From assembly GCA_013265495.1 (NCBI GenBank), contig MU058781.1, positions 7,203,324 through 7,267,323 on the forward strand: 64,000 nt of DNA, read 5' to 3'. Numbering within the stretch: position 1 is the first letter of the stretch; each line of letters begins with the position of its first letter. The notes below the pieces were generated by a model. The model worked only from the letters and a program-made list of their open reading frames with translations. It ran no database searches and had not been told where the DNA came from. A program made the translations under genes and the position numbers. The stretch comes from Vicugna vicugna (lineage: Eukaryota). This document shows positions 36,400-48,900 of this stretch, one piece after another.

Positions 36400-36590
36400 A
36401 CTAAATTCTAAGAAGAGGAAGCTGTACTGACAGGCATGTCTGTGGGGATATTGCTTAATCTCTCTGAGCCTCATTTTTCTCAAGTGTGAATGGGTATTAA
36501 TGATATTACATAGTTTATAGTATTATGAGAATTAAATGAGATAATGCATGAAAAGTGCCTTGCTCAGTAATTGGCAGAGAATAGGATCTG
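36400..36590 (+). mobile_element. MIR SINE
   Basis: ttgcttaatctctctgagcctcatttttctc...gagaattaaatgagataatgcatgaaaagtgcct. Confidence 0.75.
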
Positions 36591-36757
36591 AAGAAAAACT
36601 GCTCTATTCTGATAATGATTAAGATGAAATGTGCCTGGCTAAGTCCATATTCCAGAGTCAGCCAGTTAAGTACATAATTGGTAAATACTGTTCATCATAT
36701 TTTCCTATGGAATGCTTATTTGTTAGAATAAGGGCCATGGATGTTGTGAACTACTTT

Positions 36758-36985
36758 CAGATACTAACTACCATATATAAAATAGATAAACAACAACTTT
36801 CTGCTGTACAGCACAGGGAACTATATTCAATATCTTGTAGTAACCTATAATGAAAAAGAATATAAAAAGAAATATTGTATATATATGACTGAAACATCAT
36901 GCTGTACACCAGAAATTGACACAACGCTGTAAACTGACTATACTTCAACTAAAAAATATTAAGAAAAATCAAAACGAAAAAGCAT
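36758..36985 (+). mobile_element. Young L1 3' end (~200 bp + A-rich tail)
   Basis: cagatactaactacc...tacagcacagggaactatattcaatatcttgtagtaacctataatg...gtaaactgactatacttcaa, nearly the same as 51383-51578. No clear TSD. Confidence 0.9.
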
Positions 36986-39534
36986 GAAAGAGAATTAAAT
37001 AATTTGTATTTATCAAGGAATCAGACTATCACTGGTTTTCTTGGTGACACTGGTAGAACACAAGCAGCGTAACTTAAGTTGCATTTCAAATCACGACAAT
37101 AATTTGAAGTGTTTTAGAAAACATATTTACTTCCCAAGGATGTCTGAGTGCTTTGTTGAAATATGTTAAAAACTCCCAGGATTGAATTCAAATTATGGCC
37201 CTCCTAGTTCTCATCTATTGGCTTTGAGGCTCTGGCAAGCCTTTAGCCTCCCTATGCCTCTTTTGCTTCAGTAAACAAAACAACAGTAGGCTCAAATGGA
37301 TGAAGACCATAGTGTCGCGCACTTAGTTCACATTTAATAACAACTAACCTCCCCTTTCCCACTGACTCACAAACAATGCAAAACCCACTAACAGCAAGTT
37401 TTCTCTATTCTTTCCACAAAGCAGAAGATTGTCACAGAGGCCTAAGTGTCTGGGTCTCTTGTTTGTCATATTGGTCTTGAAAAAAAACCCTTGCTTTCTT
37501 CAAAACTGATGGTTCTAGTACCTTAGTTAAATATTTTGCTTACAAGTTTTGTGATTTTTTTTTTTTAAAGGAACACATTTCACAGATAAGAAATGTGTCT
37601 TGTAGCTGGTAGCTCTGTGGTGCTAGGTGATGTGGAAAGGCATTGCTCTCTTGCCCAAAGCAAACTTCCAGGGCCATCTTTGTGACTCAGAGATCTGAAA
37701 GCCAATGACAGGCTGCCAAGAAAGCTGAGGCTGGAGGAACTACATCCACCCTCTTCCAACCCTGGAAACTGGTCGACCTAGCTCAAGCATATTGTTGGTG
37801 TTTTATTAAAAGGGTTGATTTGGAGAATGTTGTGTTTGCCATGCAGTGTCATGCCTCGAAGCCTTGGTTTCCAGTCTTTATTTATAAGCCTAATTGTTGC
37901 TATGGAAATTCAATATTTAAAGAGGTAATTATTGCTGATCTTGTTGCATGTGTCCATTTCTGATGTCCAGCTGTTAGCTCTTTAGCTCCAGTCTAGCAGA
38001 TTAATTACTGCTATTGATTACTTTGAGCTTCTCTCTTCACACCTGCAGTCTGCGTAATTAGCTGGTGGCCTCCTTTGAAAATTAGGAGCAGTTTCATCCT
38101 GGCACTTTGCCATTTCCCAGCCATGTGCACTGCACTGATGAACAAAAGCAAATCTATTTTAAATAGAGATATCTGGGTAATGAACTCTTTGTGTTTTTGA
38201 ACTATCCGTGGATAATTCAAATTACCCTCTGTTAGCAAATATTGTACCTCATTTGATGACTATCTGCAAAGAAAAAATTCCAAAACACTGGTTTTTATTC
38301 CCATTTCCACCTTGCAGAAATTTGCTCCTGTGTGTGGTTTAAAAAAAAAATCAAAACAACTTTTTAGTTCTGCTGCTGAGGGTATTAGGGCACTGGAATA
38401 GGTTTCCTAATGGAGCCCAGTGGAAGCAGCTGAGTTTCACTCTGAGCATTCCAGGCATCCAGGTATTAATGTTCATCCTTTCGTTAGATTCACACTCCTA
38501 GTCTGAGAGACAAATCACCATTCTTAGGAGTCATTGTTACACACTGGGAATAAAAAGTTTCCAATTAAAAAATGATATAGGCAGAGAAACGAGAGCGATT
38601 ACAGGAGCCTTCAAAATTTTCTTCCCAACTTTATTTCAGTCAGTAAGATGTTTTTCCTTTCTGCTTAATGGAAACCAAATCCGGCATTGCCAAATATCAA
38701 CATCTAGAGTTTTGCCTCCAACGTCCTGTGATGACACTTTCTCATCTGTCGTATGACACTGCCTCCACACTCAGGACATACAAGCTGGTAGCAGATCTGG
38801 AAGCGGACTTCCCGAGTAATGACGTGCAATGACTACTAACATGGCCAGCTGTTCCCTTCCATGCCAACAGGGTCCCACTAATGTTCCCTTTAGCTGTTTA
38901 ACTTGTTTTGAGTTATTATACTAAGGGTTATTGCTTATTGTAGGAAAAAATAAAGTGCTTTCCTCCTGCCCATGGCATGCATCTGCCAGCTTTCATTTGA
39001 AGCTTAAAGTGGATACGTATGTCCCAAAGCCCACCGAGCACATGGACGGAAAAAAGTTTAGAAAGTTATCACTTGCCAGAGTGATGAAAATATCATGCAC
39101 TTGTGTCAAGCACAGATGTGTTTGGTTGGATCCCAGCAATGTGGAACTGCTTCATCAGCCCCAGCAAAGCCTCTATGGAAGCGGAGAAATGCAACTTCCT
39201 TCTGTCTGGGGAATCAGATGGGCATTGGGCATGGAGCAGGAAAGAGTGGAAAGAGTAGGGGCATTCGCTCATCAACTCAACGAACCTTTGGGGCAGCTAA
39301 TGTGGAGGCTGAACACTGGCCCTCAGACCAGAAGGTCCCCAGCTGGAATCTCATCATTTCCACTGTTTCCAGATTAAAATTTAAATTGCGTGCTGCCATT
39401 TGGAGGCCTTCTGGGCAGGGTCTCGCAGAGTCACCAGTTATTAGGACTGCCTCCTATTATCACAACCCTAAAAGCTATTTGAACGGCAGCCTAATGTGAT
39501 GGTGATTTCCAAGGCCCATTTGCTCTTATTGCAG

Positions 39535-39546
39535 CTCCGCTCAGAT
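39535..39546 (+). other. Candidate 12-nt microexon
   Basis: ccatttgctcttattgcAG|CTCCGCTCAGAT|GTGAGT, with branch-like cctaat at 39490-39495. Motif evidence only. Confidence 0.25.
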
Positions 39547-40269
39547 GTGAGTGGGAGCAGCTAACCAAAGTTGCTTTCTCATAGTACCAGAGAGGAGAAT
39601 CTGAGGCACCAGAGGAATATTTTGCTGGCTGTAAATATAAATTCACCCCAAATAAACAATCTTTTGTTTCCCCAAGGTGGGCAAGGTCATCTCTAATTCT
39701 GACAAATAGTAACCCTCTTTCCCTTACCAGAGAATAAACTTTGGTTCACACAAATTACAATTTCAACTCAACAGGAAATATGAAGAACACAGTTTTAAAA
39801 GGGTACTACAGTAAAGTGCAAAGTGAGAGCTGTATAAAACATTCCATACTTAGGGATTAAATAACGCCTTTCAAAGGACAGGAACGTAAGCATACATACA
39901 CATGTATGTTTATACATATACAAATATATATTTTTGGATGTTTCATTTTTATTATTGCAAAATTCAGCACGCTTAACCTGTGACTGTTTGAGGCTGTGCA
40001 CAGTATATGTATTGTGAAGTTGGACATGTCCCCGATTTCTCTGCTGTGTGGAGCTGCTTTGGCCATTGGTTTTCAGCACCAGCAGAAGAGAAATTAAAAG
40101 TCTATCAAGTTAAGTTTTTCACACCTGATTTTTAAAACCAGTTAAGTTTTATGAACCATGAGGAAGGCGAGGTAGTTTTGTCATTGTTCAGTTACTGGGC
40201 GTATTCAATAGTATACTAACAGCTAAGTGAAAGGAGAGATGAGAATTTATCTAGTGATGAATAAAAATA

Positions 40270-40490
40270 GTGTAGCTGACATGTATCAAGTGCTTATTAT
40301 GTGCATTGTGCTTAGTGTTTTGAATACATCGTCTGTTTTAATCCTCACAGCAAACCTGTATGTATTACGAATGCTGCCATTTTCTGGATTTTGCAGGTGA
40401 GGACACTGAAGCTGAGAGACTGCGTAATTTGACCCTGGTCAGGTCTAGCAAGTAACTTCATTTGTCTGCCAAGCCAGACTTTTCACTACT
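40270..40490 (-). mobile_element. MIR SINE
   Basis: aagtgcttattatgtgc...tttaatcctcacagcaaacctg...attttgcaggtgaggacactgaagctgagag. Confidence 0.75.
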
Positions 40491-43400
40491 TCTGGATATT
40501 TTATTCCAGCTGTAGTAGCCTTAGTGATGTTTTGCTCCATTTATATGGATTCTTTAATGTTTGGATTAACCAAATGAAAAAATCTACTCATAAACCCGGT
40601 GTCTTTGGGCCCAACTAATAATACTTAAGCCTCAATCTAACATTTTGGGTTTCCTTAAGTTTATTGTGACATAGTACAAGTAATTGTGCTAGGAGTTCCA
40701 AGATCGTGTTATCTTGTCTGAGGAAAGAGCCCACATTAATGAAATGTGGAGATGGAGCAGAACTGGGCATTTGTGCAATTGTTGCCTGACCTGGGTCAGG
40801 CAGGATGCTCAGTGGCTATCTTAAGTTCTCCTGTGGGGAAGCCTTTTGCTGGAAGAATCACAGACTATTATTGATTCTGTTAGTAGAAATGCAGGGAACA
40901 TCTCCCTCCCCCACAGCTTTGCTGTTGTCGCTTTCTTACTGTGCCCAAATACTCATGTTTCACTTGGATGCCTGAAAAATTTATTTTCCAAGGAAACAAT
41001 CAGAATAAGGTCTCTTTCTCTCTCTCTCTGTGTGTATAATGCACATAAAGTATATTTCGCTTTTCTATAAATATATTTTGTTATGTATGTGTGTGTATTG
41101 CTGTTACACACACACACACACAATTGTTTTCGCATTATTTCTAAGACGTTTTCTGGCAAGTGCTTTTGAGAGAACGAAAGGCAGAGGCCTTCTCAGTGTC
41201 ACTATATGTGCAAACATCTTCAGATTCTATTAAAGCAACTTCATTTTTTTCAGTCACAGATTACTGTTTGAAGGGGAGTTGTTTTATGATTTGTAGCACA
41301 CATCAGATAGCCTTCAAGAAATTCTCTTGCAAAAACAGAGCAAGTCAGATTTTCCTGATCTTAAATTTTCCCTTTCTATGTCTAATAATATCCCATCCTT
41401 AGCATCAACTCTCGCCCTAATGAGCTGAAACTACATTTGCAAAATCTTAGGCAGATAAATTGACTCAAACCTTGGTTTGATGATCCTACTTAAGACGTTC
41501 AATTAATTCTGTTTTGCTACAAGCTAATTTATGACTTCGTATTTATTCAAAAAAAAGTTGAAGATACAAAGCTGTGGGAGACAAAATAATGAATTATTCT
41601 ACCTTCCTTCATGTGCTCATCATGTGCTCACTACAGTGAGGGAGGAAGAGAAAGGAGAAAGAAATGCTTTTGATGTTAGATGTGTGGCTATTTTCTTGTC
41701 ATTTCAAGACAGTCTTTCACTGATATAAACACATTTATATCCCTCTAGGAGATATTAATTAGTGTAGTAAACGTTGGTTCATTAATTGTTGTTAAATTTT
41801 TCTTTATTTACCCAGTAAATAGTTTTTATCTTTTTTCCTCTTTCATGTCTCCCTCCCTCTCCTCACACCCCCACTTCCTTCCAAGATACCAGTTGGTTTA
41901 GTGTGGTCATAAACTTGTTTTCTTTGTGGTGGATAATGACTGGCAGTTTGATAAAACTGTGACATAGTAACAATTATTATGATCTACTTTTCGGTGGCAA
42001 AGCTTAATAATTGATCTGTACACTTTGAAAGAGAAGAGAAAAATCTGAGAGTTTTAAAGTAATTTACAGCCCCGTGCCACACTCGGTGTGTTTTTAATGA
42101 GCTTCTCTGGATCTACAGGTAGCAGAAGTTTTTTCTGCTGATGTTCAGGGCAGCTTGTCAAGACATCCTGCAGGGAAGTGTGTTCAGAGAAGGTCAGCCA
42201 AGGAATAGGATTGCAGTAGGTGATGCTGGGGTACATAATTGACTTCCTCTGTCTCTGGAAAGTGATAGAAGGCGAGGTTGAGAGGAAGCTGCCCCTTCTT
42301 AATTCCTCCTCCCTCTTTCTTACTTTATTAAAACTGCTTTTCTTATACCTCCTTCTACCATTTCTCTTTCCTTTTTGCATTCTTGCAGCCTAAAACTCTA
42401 ATTGCCACCCATGTTGCTTTTTCTACTCAATTAAAAATATGAAATATTTCTTATAATAATCAGCTCTAAATTTCCAGACTATTCTATTTTATAAGCCTCT
42501 ATTTTTCATGTATTTTTCTAAGGGCAAACAATAATGTTCCTCTCCCTAGCATGACAGCCAGGGCTATTGTGTCAGACAGGTTAATCTTGCTGTGCTGCAA
42601 AACAAAGTCATATTCCTTGGGATTCTTTGTTGCAATTTTTTGCCATTTTCACTCCTAAACTTTGGAGGACCAAATATACCCACCAGTCTCAACAGACTTC
42701 CCCTCACCCTGGTAATCTATAACTGTGAACAAAATATACACTTGCTAAAGTTACAGATTGTCCAATATTTCTTCTTATGCCAACTGGAAAAAATAGGTAC
42801 CTAAAATGTGCATATATCAGTCAATTAAAAATAAATGACGTTTTCATGGTACGAAGGAAAGTAATTGTACAGGGTACTTATTTTGCTGCATTTTAAAAAT
42901 GTAGTTCTAGGTACCTACTGTATCATACACTATTTCATGAAGCACCTGCTTTATTCCATCCAGAGAAGTCCATAAAGTGAACTTGTATAGAACAAGTCAT
43001 AGAATCAATTGCCAATAGGCTGATGTAGGTACTTTAACAATTCTGGTGAAAAATAGAGACAAATTAAGATAGTAAATATACATAGATACTCAAGGAATTG
43101 ATTTTTTTTTTCTGTTTGTAGCTGAGAAGTCTTCCAAGGCTATTTTGTGGGGCTGTGTGTATAGACATGCTAAGCAGTGTTCCTGCTGTGCTGGATTTAT
43201 TTTGCATTTTCCTGTTAGGACTTCTGGAAAGAGAGCTTCCCTCATTTGTGCAGAGGAGGACAGAACCTGCACATTCTTTCAAAGCTGTCAGTTCTGTCTA
43301 CTGTAAAAAAGGACACGGAAGACTAGGAGCCTCAGGGCTCAGCATGAATTTGTCCTGTGTCACACTGGAGCTTGCCATTGGAAAATCTATCATGTCCTGG

Positions 43401-44073
43401 TTTTAGAGTCTGAAGAAACAGGGAGTGAATGAGAGGTGGTTGTCATGAACTCTTGGAAGTGAGCCATATGTCTGAGGTTACAGCTTAACTCCCCTGATTA
43501 ATCTGGATGTTTAGAAGGTTTGAGTTTTGAAAGATTATTTTATGAGGAAATGGTGACAAAGGAAAAAGGATACTGTGGGTTTTCTACAGAGGTTTCCTGT
43601 GAGGCGAGCTCATGCCCGTTTCTCCAGGCTGATCTGTTCTCTGGCTGGTAGAGACAGCAGGAGATAGATGGCAGACATGGTGTATCCAGACACAATGTGC
43701 TTGTGGACCAAGGACATCTTGATGGTTTCTCTCTGCTGTGACTCTTCCAAATTTTGCTCTTCTTTGATCACCCTGAATTAGATATTAACATTTAAGTGTC
43801 CTCTTAGGGCTTGGCAAAATTAAAAAATAAATAAATTTGCCGCTGAGAAACTAAGAAATTAAATATCTGTTACTAGCATGGTGAACTTTCATGGACTTCT
43901 GTATTGAATAAGTCTTTGTATCTCTGACTAGCATTGTTCAGCACAATTACATTTAGTGTGGGCCTGGCTATAACACCCCCATGCTGCTCTCCCAGGGTTT
44001 TAAAACTACCTCAGCTCCCTCTTCTCCTTTCCTTTACGTTCCAGACAATGTTTTGCCTGTTGGGTTGATGATC

Positions 44074-44726
44074 AAGACGGGATTAACTTTCCTGAAAGTA
44101 ATTTCAGAAGACAGACCATTACCCCTCTGCACCCCCATAAGATTATAGGAGTAAAATCTCTGAGTGGGGAATGAAACAGGAGAGAAGGGGGGCAGGGCAC
44201 AGCCATTCAGGGAATGACAGCAGTTAACATCAAAACAGTGGAAGATTCAACTCCCAGTAGGCTTTGAGGCTCAAGATGGTGGGAGATTTGACTTCTAGTA
44301 GACCTTGAGCTTCATTATATGTGCATTGTAATATTAACATGGTAAATGACACTCCCACAGGCACCATGACAGCTCCAAAGCTAATCATAAAAGGTCAAAG
44401 AGTGGGCAGTGGCCAAATTTCTGGGAATCCCAGCCCCGTCCCCAGGGTACTTGGAATGGTCCTCCCACTTGTTAGCATATGAAGCTACAGAGCCCATAAA
44501 AACTGGCAACACCACACCTCATGGCCGCCTCTCTTGCTCCCTCCTCTTTGGAGAAGGCCCACACTCTATGGAGTGTGTACCTGCTTTTACTTTAACCTGA
44601 GCACACAACCCCCACACTTCATGGCCTTTCTCTTGTCTTTTGAAACAGCCTACACTCTATGCAGTATGTACCTCTAAATAAATCTTCCTTTACTCAAAAA
44701 AAAAAAAAAAAGACTGGCTTGACTTT
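44074..44726 (+). mobile_element. ERV 3' end (internal fragment + PPT + U3-R) with poly(A) tail and long TSD; probable L1-mediated retrocopy
   Basis: agtggggaa|TGAAACAGG (LTR start 44172); TATA-like cataaaaa 44495-44502; AATAAA 44677-44682; CA then A run 44696-44711; no U5. Flanks aagacgggattaacttt (44074-44090) / aagactggcttgacttt (44710-44726). Confidence 0.75.
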
Positions 44727-45474
44727 TCAGGTTCACCCTACATATTATTTAACCCTCTCTATTACTTGCAACATGAAACCATTATTTGTTTTGCCGTTTG
44801 AAATGTAGACTTAGAAATATGTCATATTTGAGTCCTAATGTTAATTTAAACTTTTCCTATATAGGGTATCTTTTGGCTATGGCAACTCCTGCAAATTTTC
44901 ACATTTGTATTTCTATGCATAATTGAAAGAAAAAGACAAAAATTTGAGTTAATGGTTATTCCAGTGATTTCTAGTAAGGGAATAATGAAGGTGATTATTG
45001 AAATTTAAGCTAAAAAAGATTTATTTTAAAGTAAAAATTTCTGGCTATTACCTGAGTTCTAAGGTGATAAATTTGAAGACTGAGTCTTCAAAATAATCTG
45101 CCTCTAAATTTAGTGATACAGTAAACTAACTATTCTAAGGCATATTCAGACAGTGGATATTTGGGTTAAACAAAATTGACCCTGGAAAGGACCATGTAGC
45201 ATGGATAGCATTATTTTGTAGAGGGGGAAATAATATGTGCTTGACTCTAAATCGATATTGAGGATAATTCTTCTTTCGTTATTTAGGAAGTTTTTGGAAT
45301 TTCAAAATACTTTACAGCTATTATTAGGCACCATACTTATTATATTGACTTTCACGGAAGGTATGCTGAGTGTACATGGAATATGTAAAAACTCACATAT
45401 TGTTCTATTTAAATAGTTGGGTATTTGCAAAAGAAGGTGATGTTGTCTTTTGGATAAGGGTATAGTGTGAGCAA

Positions 45475-45555
45475 TCCTCTCCTCTCTCCTCTCCCTCCTT
45501 ACCTCCCCTCCCCTCTCCTCTCCTCTCCTCTTCCTTACCCTCCTTTCTCTTTCCT
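45475..45555. repeat. (TCTCC)n-type polypyrimidine low-complexity tract
   Basis: tcctctcctctctcctctccctccttacctcccctcccctctcctctcc... Confidence 0.8.
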
Positions 45556-45920
45556 TCACAAATATCAACCGAGTGCCTTCTCTGAGCCAAGCATGGTGCT
45601 GTGGAGATAAAGAACTGAATAAGACAGATAAGTCAATCACCATCTATTTAGTCTCTGAAACTTAAAACCAAAAAAGTCATTCTTAATTCTTTTTTTCTGC
45701 AACTCATACAGCCATCAGAAAGTCTGTTGACTCTACCTCCAAAATATATAACCTGGATCTGTTATACCAAATCAACTGTCATACCCACCTGCTGTAATTC
45801 AAGGCACTGCCACCTTCCACCTGATCTAGTACAGTTTCCACCTAACTGGTCTTCCAGTATCCCCTACTGCCTGCCTTATCCTCCATCTTCTACTGGCTAA
45901 AGTGATCTTGTTATGCGTAC
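45550..45920. mobile_element. L2 fragments in opposite orientation
   Basis: - strand 3' end cacaaatatcaaccgagtgcc...gaataagacag; + strand aagtctgttgactctacctccaaaatata...cctaactggtcttcc. Confidence 0.55.
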
Positions 45921-48900
45921 GGTCAAATGGAATATACCTAAATTTGGTTTTGATAGTGAGTTGGCTGGGATGGGGTGAGAGTGTTGTTCACTAGGTTTAA
46001 AATGTTTTAGAAACTTAAAGAAAGTAAAACTGCACGTCCTATGAGATCTAATCCTTTTATATGGGATCCATCTGAATAAATGAGTGCCTTTTTAAAGTGG
46101 GCAAAACTGTGTATTCCAGCTGCAGACTAAATGATAGCTTCATTTCAAGCCTCCTGACTGCCATGGAACCATCTGGTATGTGCTCATGTGTAGGAGTAGG
46201 TGAGACTCCAGCTAACACTAAAGTCTTCAGCTAGTCTAAGTTGTTTCTTATTTACCACTTCATACCACACCTGGGTACAGAGGCAGAATTACAACTGAAG
46301 TCTGAATCTCTTCCTCTCATCTTTAAGCTTATTCTTTTCCGCTTTTTCACTTATGTAAAGGTGTCCATTTTTAGGGAAATTGTTGGAATGGAAAAAAAAA
46401 GTACTTATATCTGTGGGAATTGAAACTCTAAAGTGGTAAAGATTTTATTTCATTCACACTTTGAGGATTTTCCCCAATTATTGCTTTTGATCAAGGGGAA
46501 AAAGGTTTGTATATGCTTTCCCCCCATGTGCAACTTTGAGCGATGTTCATATGTTATGTGAAATGATTATGCTAAATGTCTGTGAGAACTTGAGTCTTGG
46601 TGTGGATATATAGTGAGTCTATGGGACCCAAAGGAGAACAACAGTAGGAAGATAGGAAAGGCAAGGGATTTTTAAAAAATGAAGAGCTAGTAGGAGATGG
46701 GCGAGTAGGGGATGAAATGAGAAATTGGGTGGTTTGAACAGATTGTGTATATATTTTCCTCTCTGAGACCTCTAAGATCTCTTCTTGTACATTGCATGGG
46801 GAAAAATAATCTTTGCTTTCATTTTAGCTTCTTAACTATGCACTTTCATTACTGCTGTATATTCTTTTAAACTTGACTCAGAAAAGAAAGGATAATTCAA
46901 TACAGGAGCTCAACATGGTGACTTAACACTGGGCTTGGATCTGGCACTGGCCAGGAAAGACAAAAAAGTAGATCATTATTAATGCATACTATTAGTGCAA
47001 AACTATACATAGTACTACAGTTGAAAAGATTAGTATAATGCGTAGCACATCATCATTTCTCTCTTTACAAATCACGCTACAAACAGAAACAGCATCTTTT
47101 AAAACTGAAGGCTGTTCGGATATGTGGCTGTGGTGTAAAATGCAGACAGGCGTGGTCCGGGGGCTTCCTCGGTCTGGTTGGTCTTTACTGGAGTGCTGGT
47201 AGTGCCTGGTTTAATTAGTAATCAGAGATGTAGTCATTGCTGCTTTGTGACTTTGAGAGCCTTGATTGTGAATTACATTTACAGATTGCAATTTCTTTCT
47301 AAATAGGGTCCTTTGTATTCAAGGGCCTGAGGAGGCTTGCAGTCTGTGATAAAACTGAGTTTTCTTCATGTAACAATATGTCAGACATCATTGTAACTGT
47401 CAAGATTTTGGGCAGTAGAGCCAGGCAAAATCCATGTGTATGAGTAATGAATTTAGACACACTTTGCTTGTGAGAATGATTTTGCTAGGCACCCTTTCCC
47501 TATCCTACCCCGACTGAGAAACTTACTGGCTAATATATATAATTTCAAAGTGGAAACATCCTGAGTTTTATAGTCTGAAGCTGCTAGTTCATTAACATTG
47601 AGCATTTCTTACTGATCGCACTGGGTTCTTATGTTGGATGGGGCGTCTGAAAAGATAAGGCATGATCTTAGCCCTGAAAGAATCTGCAGGCTTTGGGAAG
47701 TCAAGCTCAAATATGGATTTAAAAAATAACTAATTTTATAAGGTATTTGTGATAGAGCACCAAGTATATGCTGTTTAATAGGTAGCTTTGCGATAAAGAT
47801 GTGTCTTGACTGCAGAATTTAGAATGAACTTAAAGTGGAACTAACTGTTTCTATCAGGAGGTGTGAGAGCCTCTCTGTCTATGAACTGGTATATGGATCA
47901 ATTTGTTTATGAACCAGACAACTGTGAAAGATCATTAAAAGCAAATAGATGGAAACTATACTGAACATTAAAGAGTTATTAAAGGCATTATGAGAAGGGT
48001 GGATATTTGCAGCTTCCTCCTGAGGACCAAGTAACATGTATTTAGATATTTCCACACTTGTGGCATCATTGATATGTGGTCTCATTGGGTGATTCAGGCC
48101 ACAGAAGTTGGAGAAAAGCTGACAATTTAACCCTTTGTTACATTTACTGATTTTGCTCCACTGTATAAGAGAACTCTGCCCCTAAGAAAACCAGTTAAGG
48201 CAGGTTTTGCCTATTTCTCTGCCCCCAGAAAATACAGTGTATAATTCCCATGCAAAAAAAAAAATGCATCAAAGAAAGGAACACCAGCTTGTTGACATCC
48301 TCATAATGGAGTATGGCCAAGGCAATTGTTGATCTCTTACAGATTTTTGAAGAGTTAGCTCAGCAGTGAGGCTTTGAATAGGTCCACCCTTCTGTTATTC
48401 AGCCAGCAATCTGCTCCTGTCCAATGAATGGAATAAGAGCTGAGAGGCAGAATTTGATCTTTGTTCAAATTAGAAACCTGTCTCCGATAAGCTGCGTCCC
48501 TTCCTTCTCCTTTAAAATCCTCTACTACCAAGGAGAGAAAAAAGAGATCTTGAATGTGTAGTGTAACAATCATTCCATCAGCTATAAACCTCACTTGGCA
48601 ATTTTTTTTTGGTCTTTAATTGAGTACTAGGAGAGCCCCAGTGTGAATGCTATATGCAAATCCATTAGTCTTAGTACTGCTACCTATAATTAACACTGCC
48701 CAATGGAATTTAAAAAATATTTATAAAAAAAGCAACGGAGTAACAATTACCATTATGCCCAAATAAACTCCTCCTCCTCCATGTTTTCATCAAGAGAGCC
48801 GTGTTGTTACTTCAACAGGCACAGTGTTGTGGTGACTTTTGTGATACAAATAAAGCAAGACTAAAATTCTAATTGTGAAATTTAAAAGGAAAGTAATTGC

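Noticed and set aside
38931..39499. Overlapping 148-aa and 134-aa ORFs in unique sequence
   Set aside because: No recognisable protein motif and no convincing flanking splice sites; compatible with chance.
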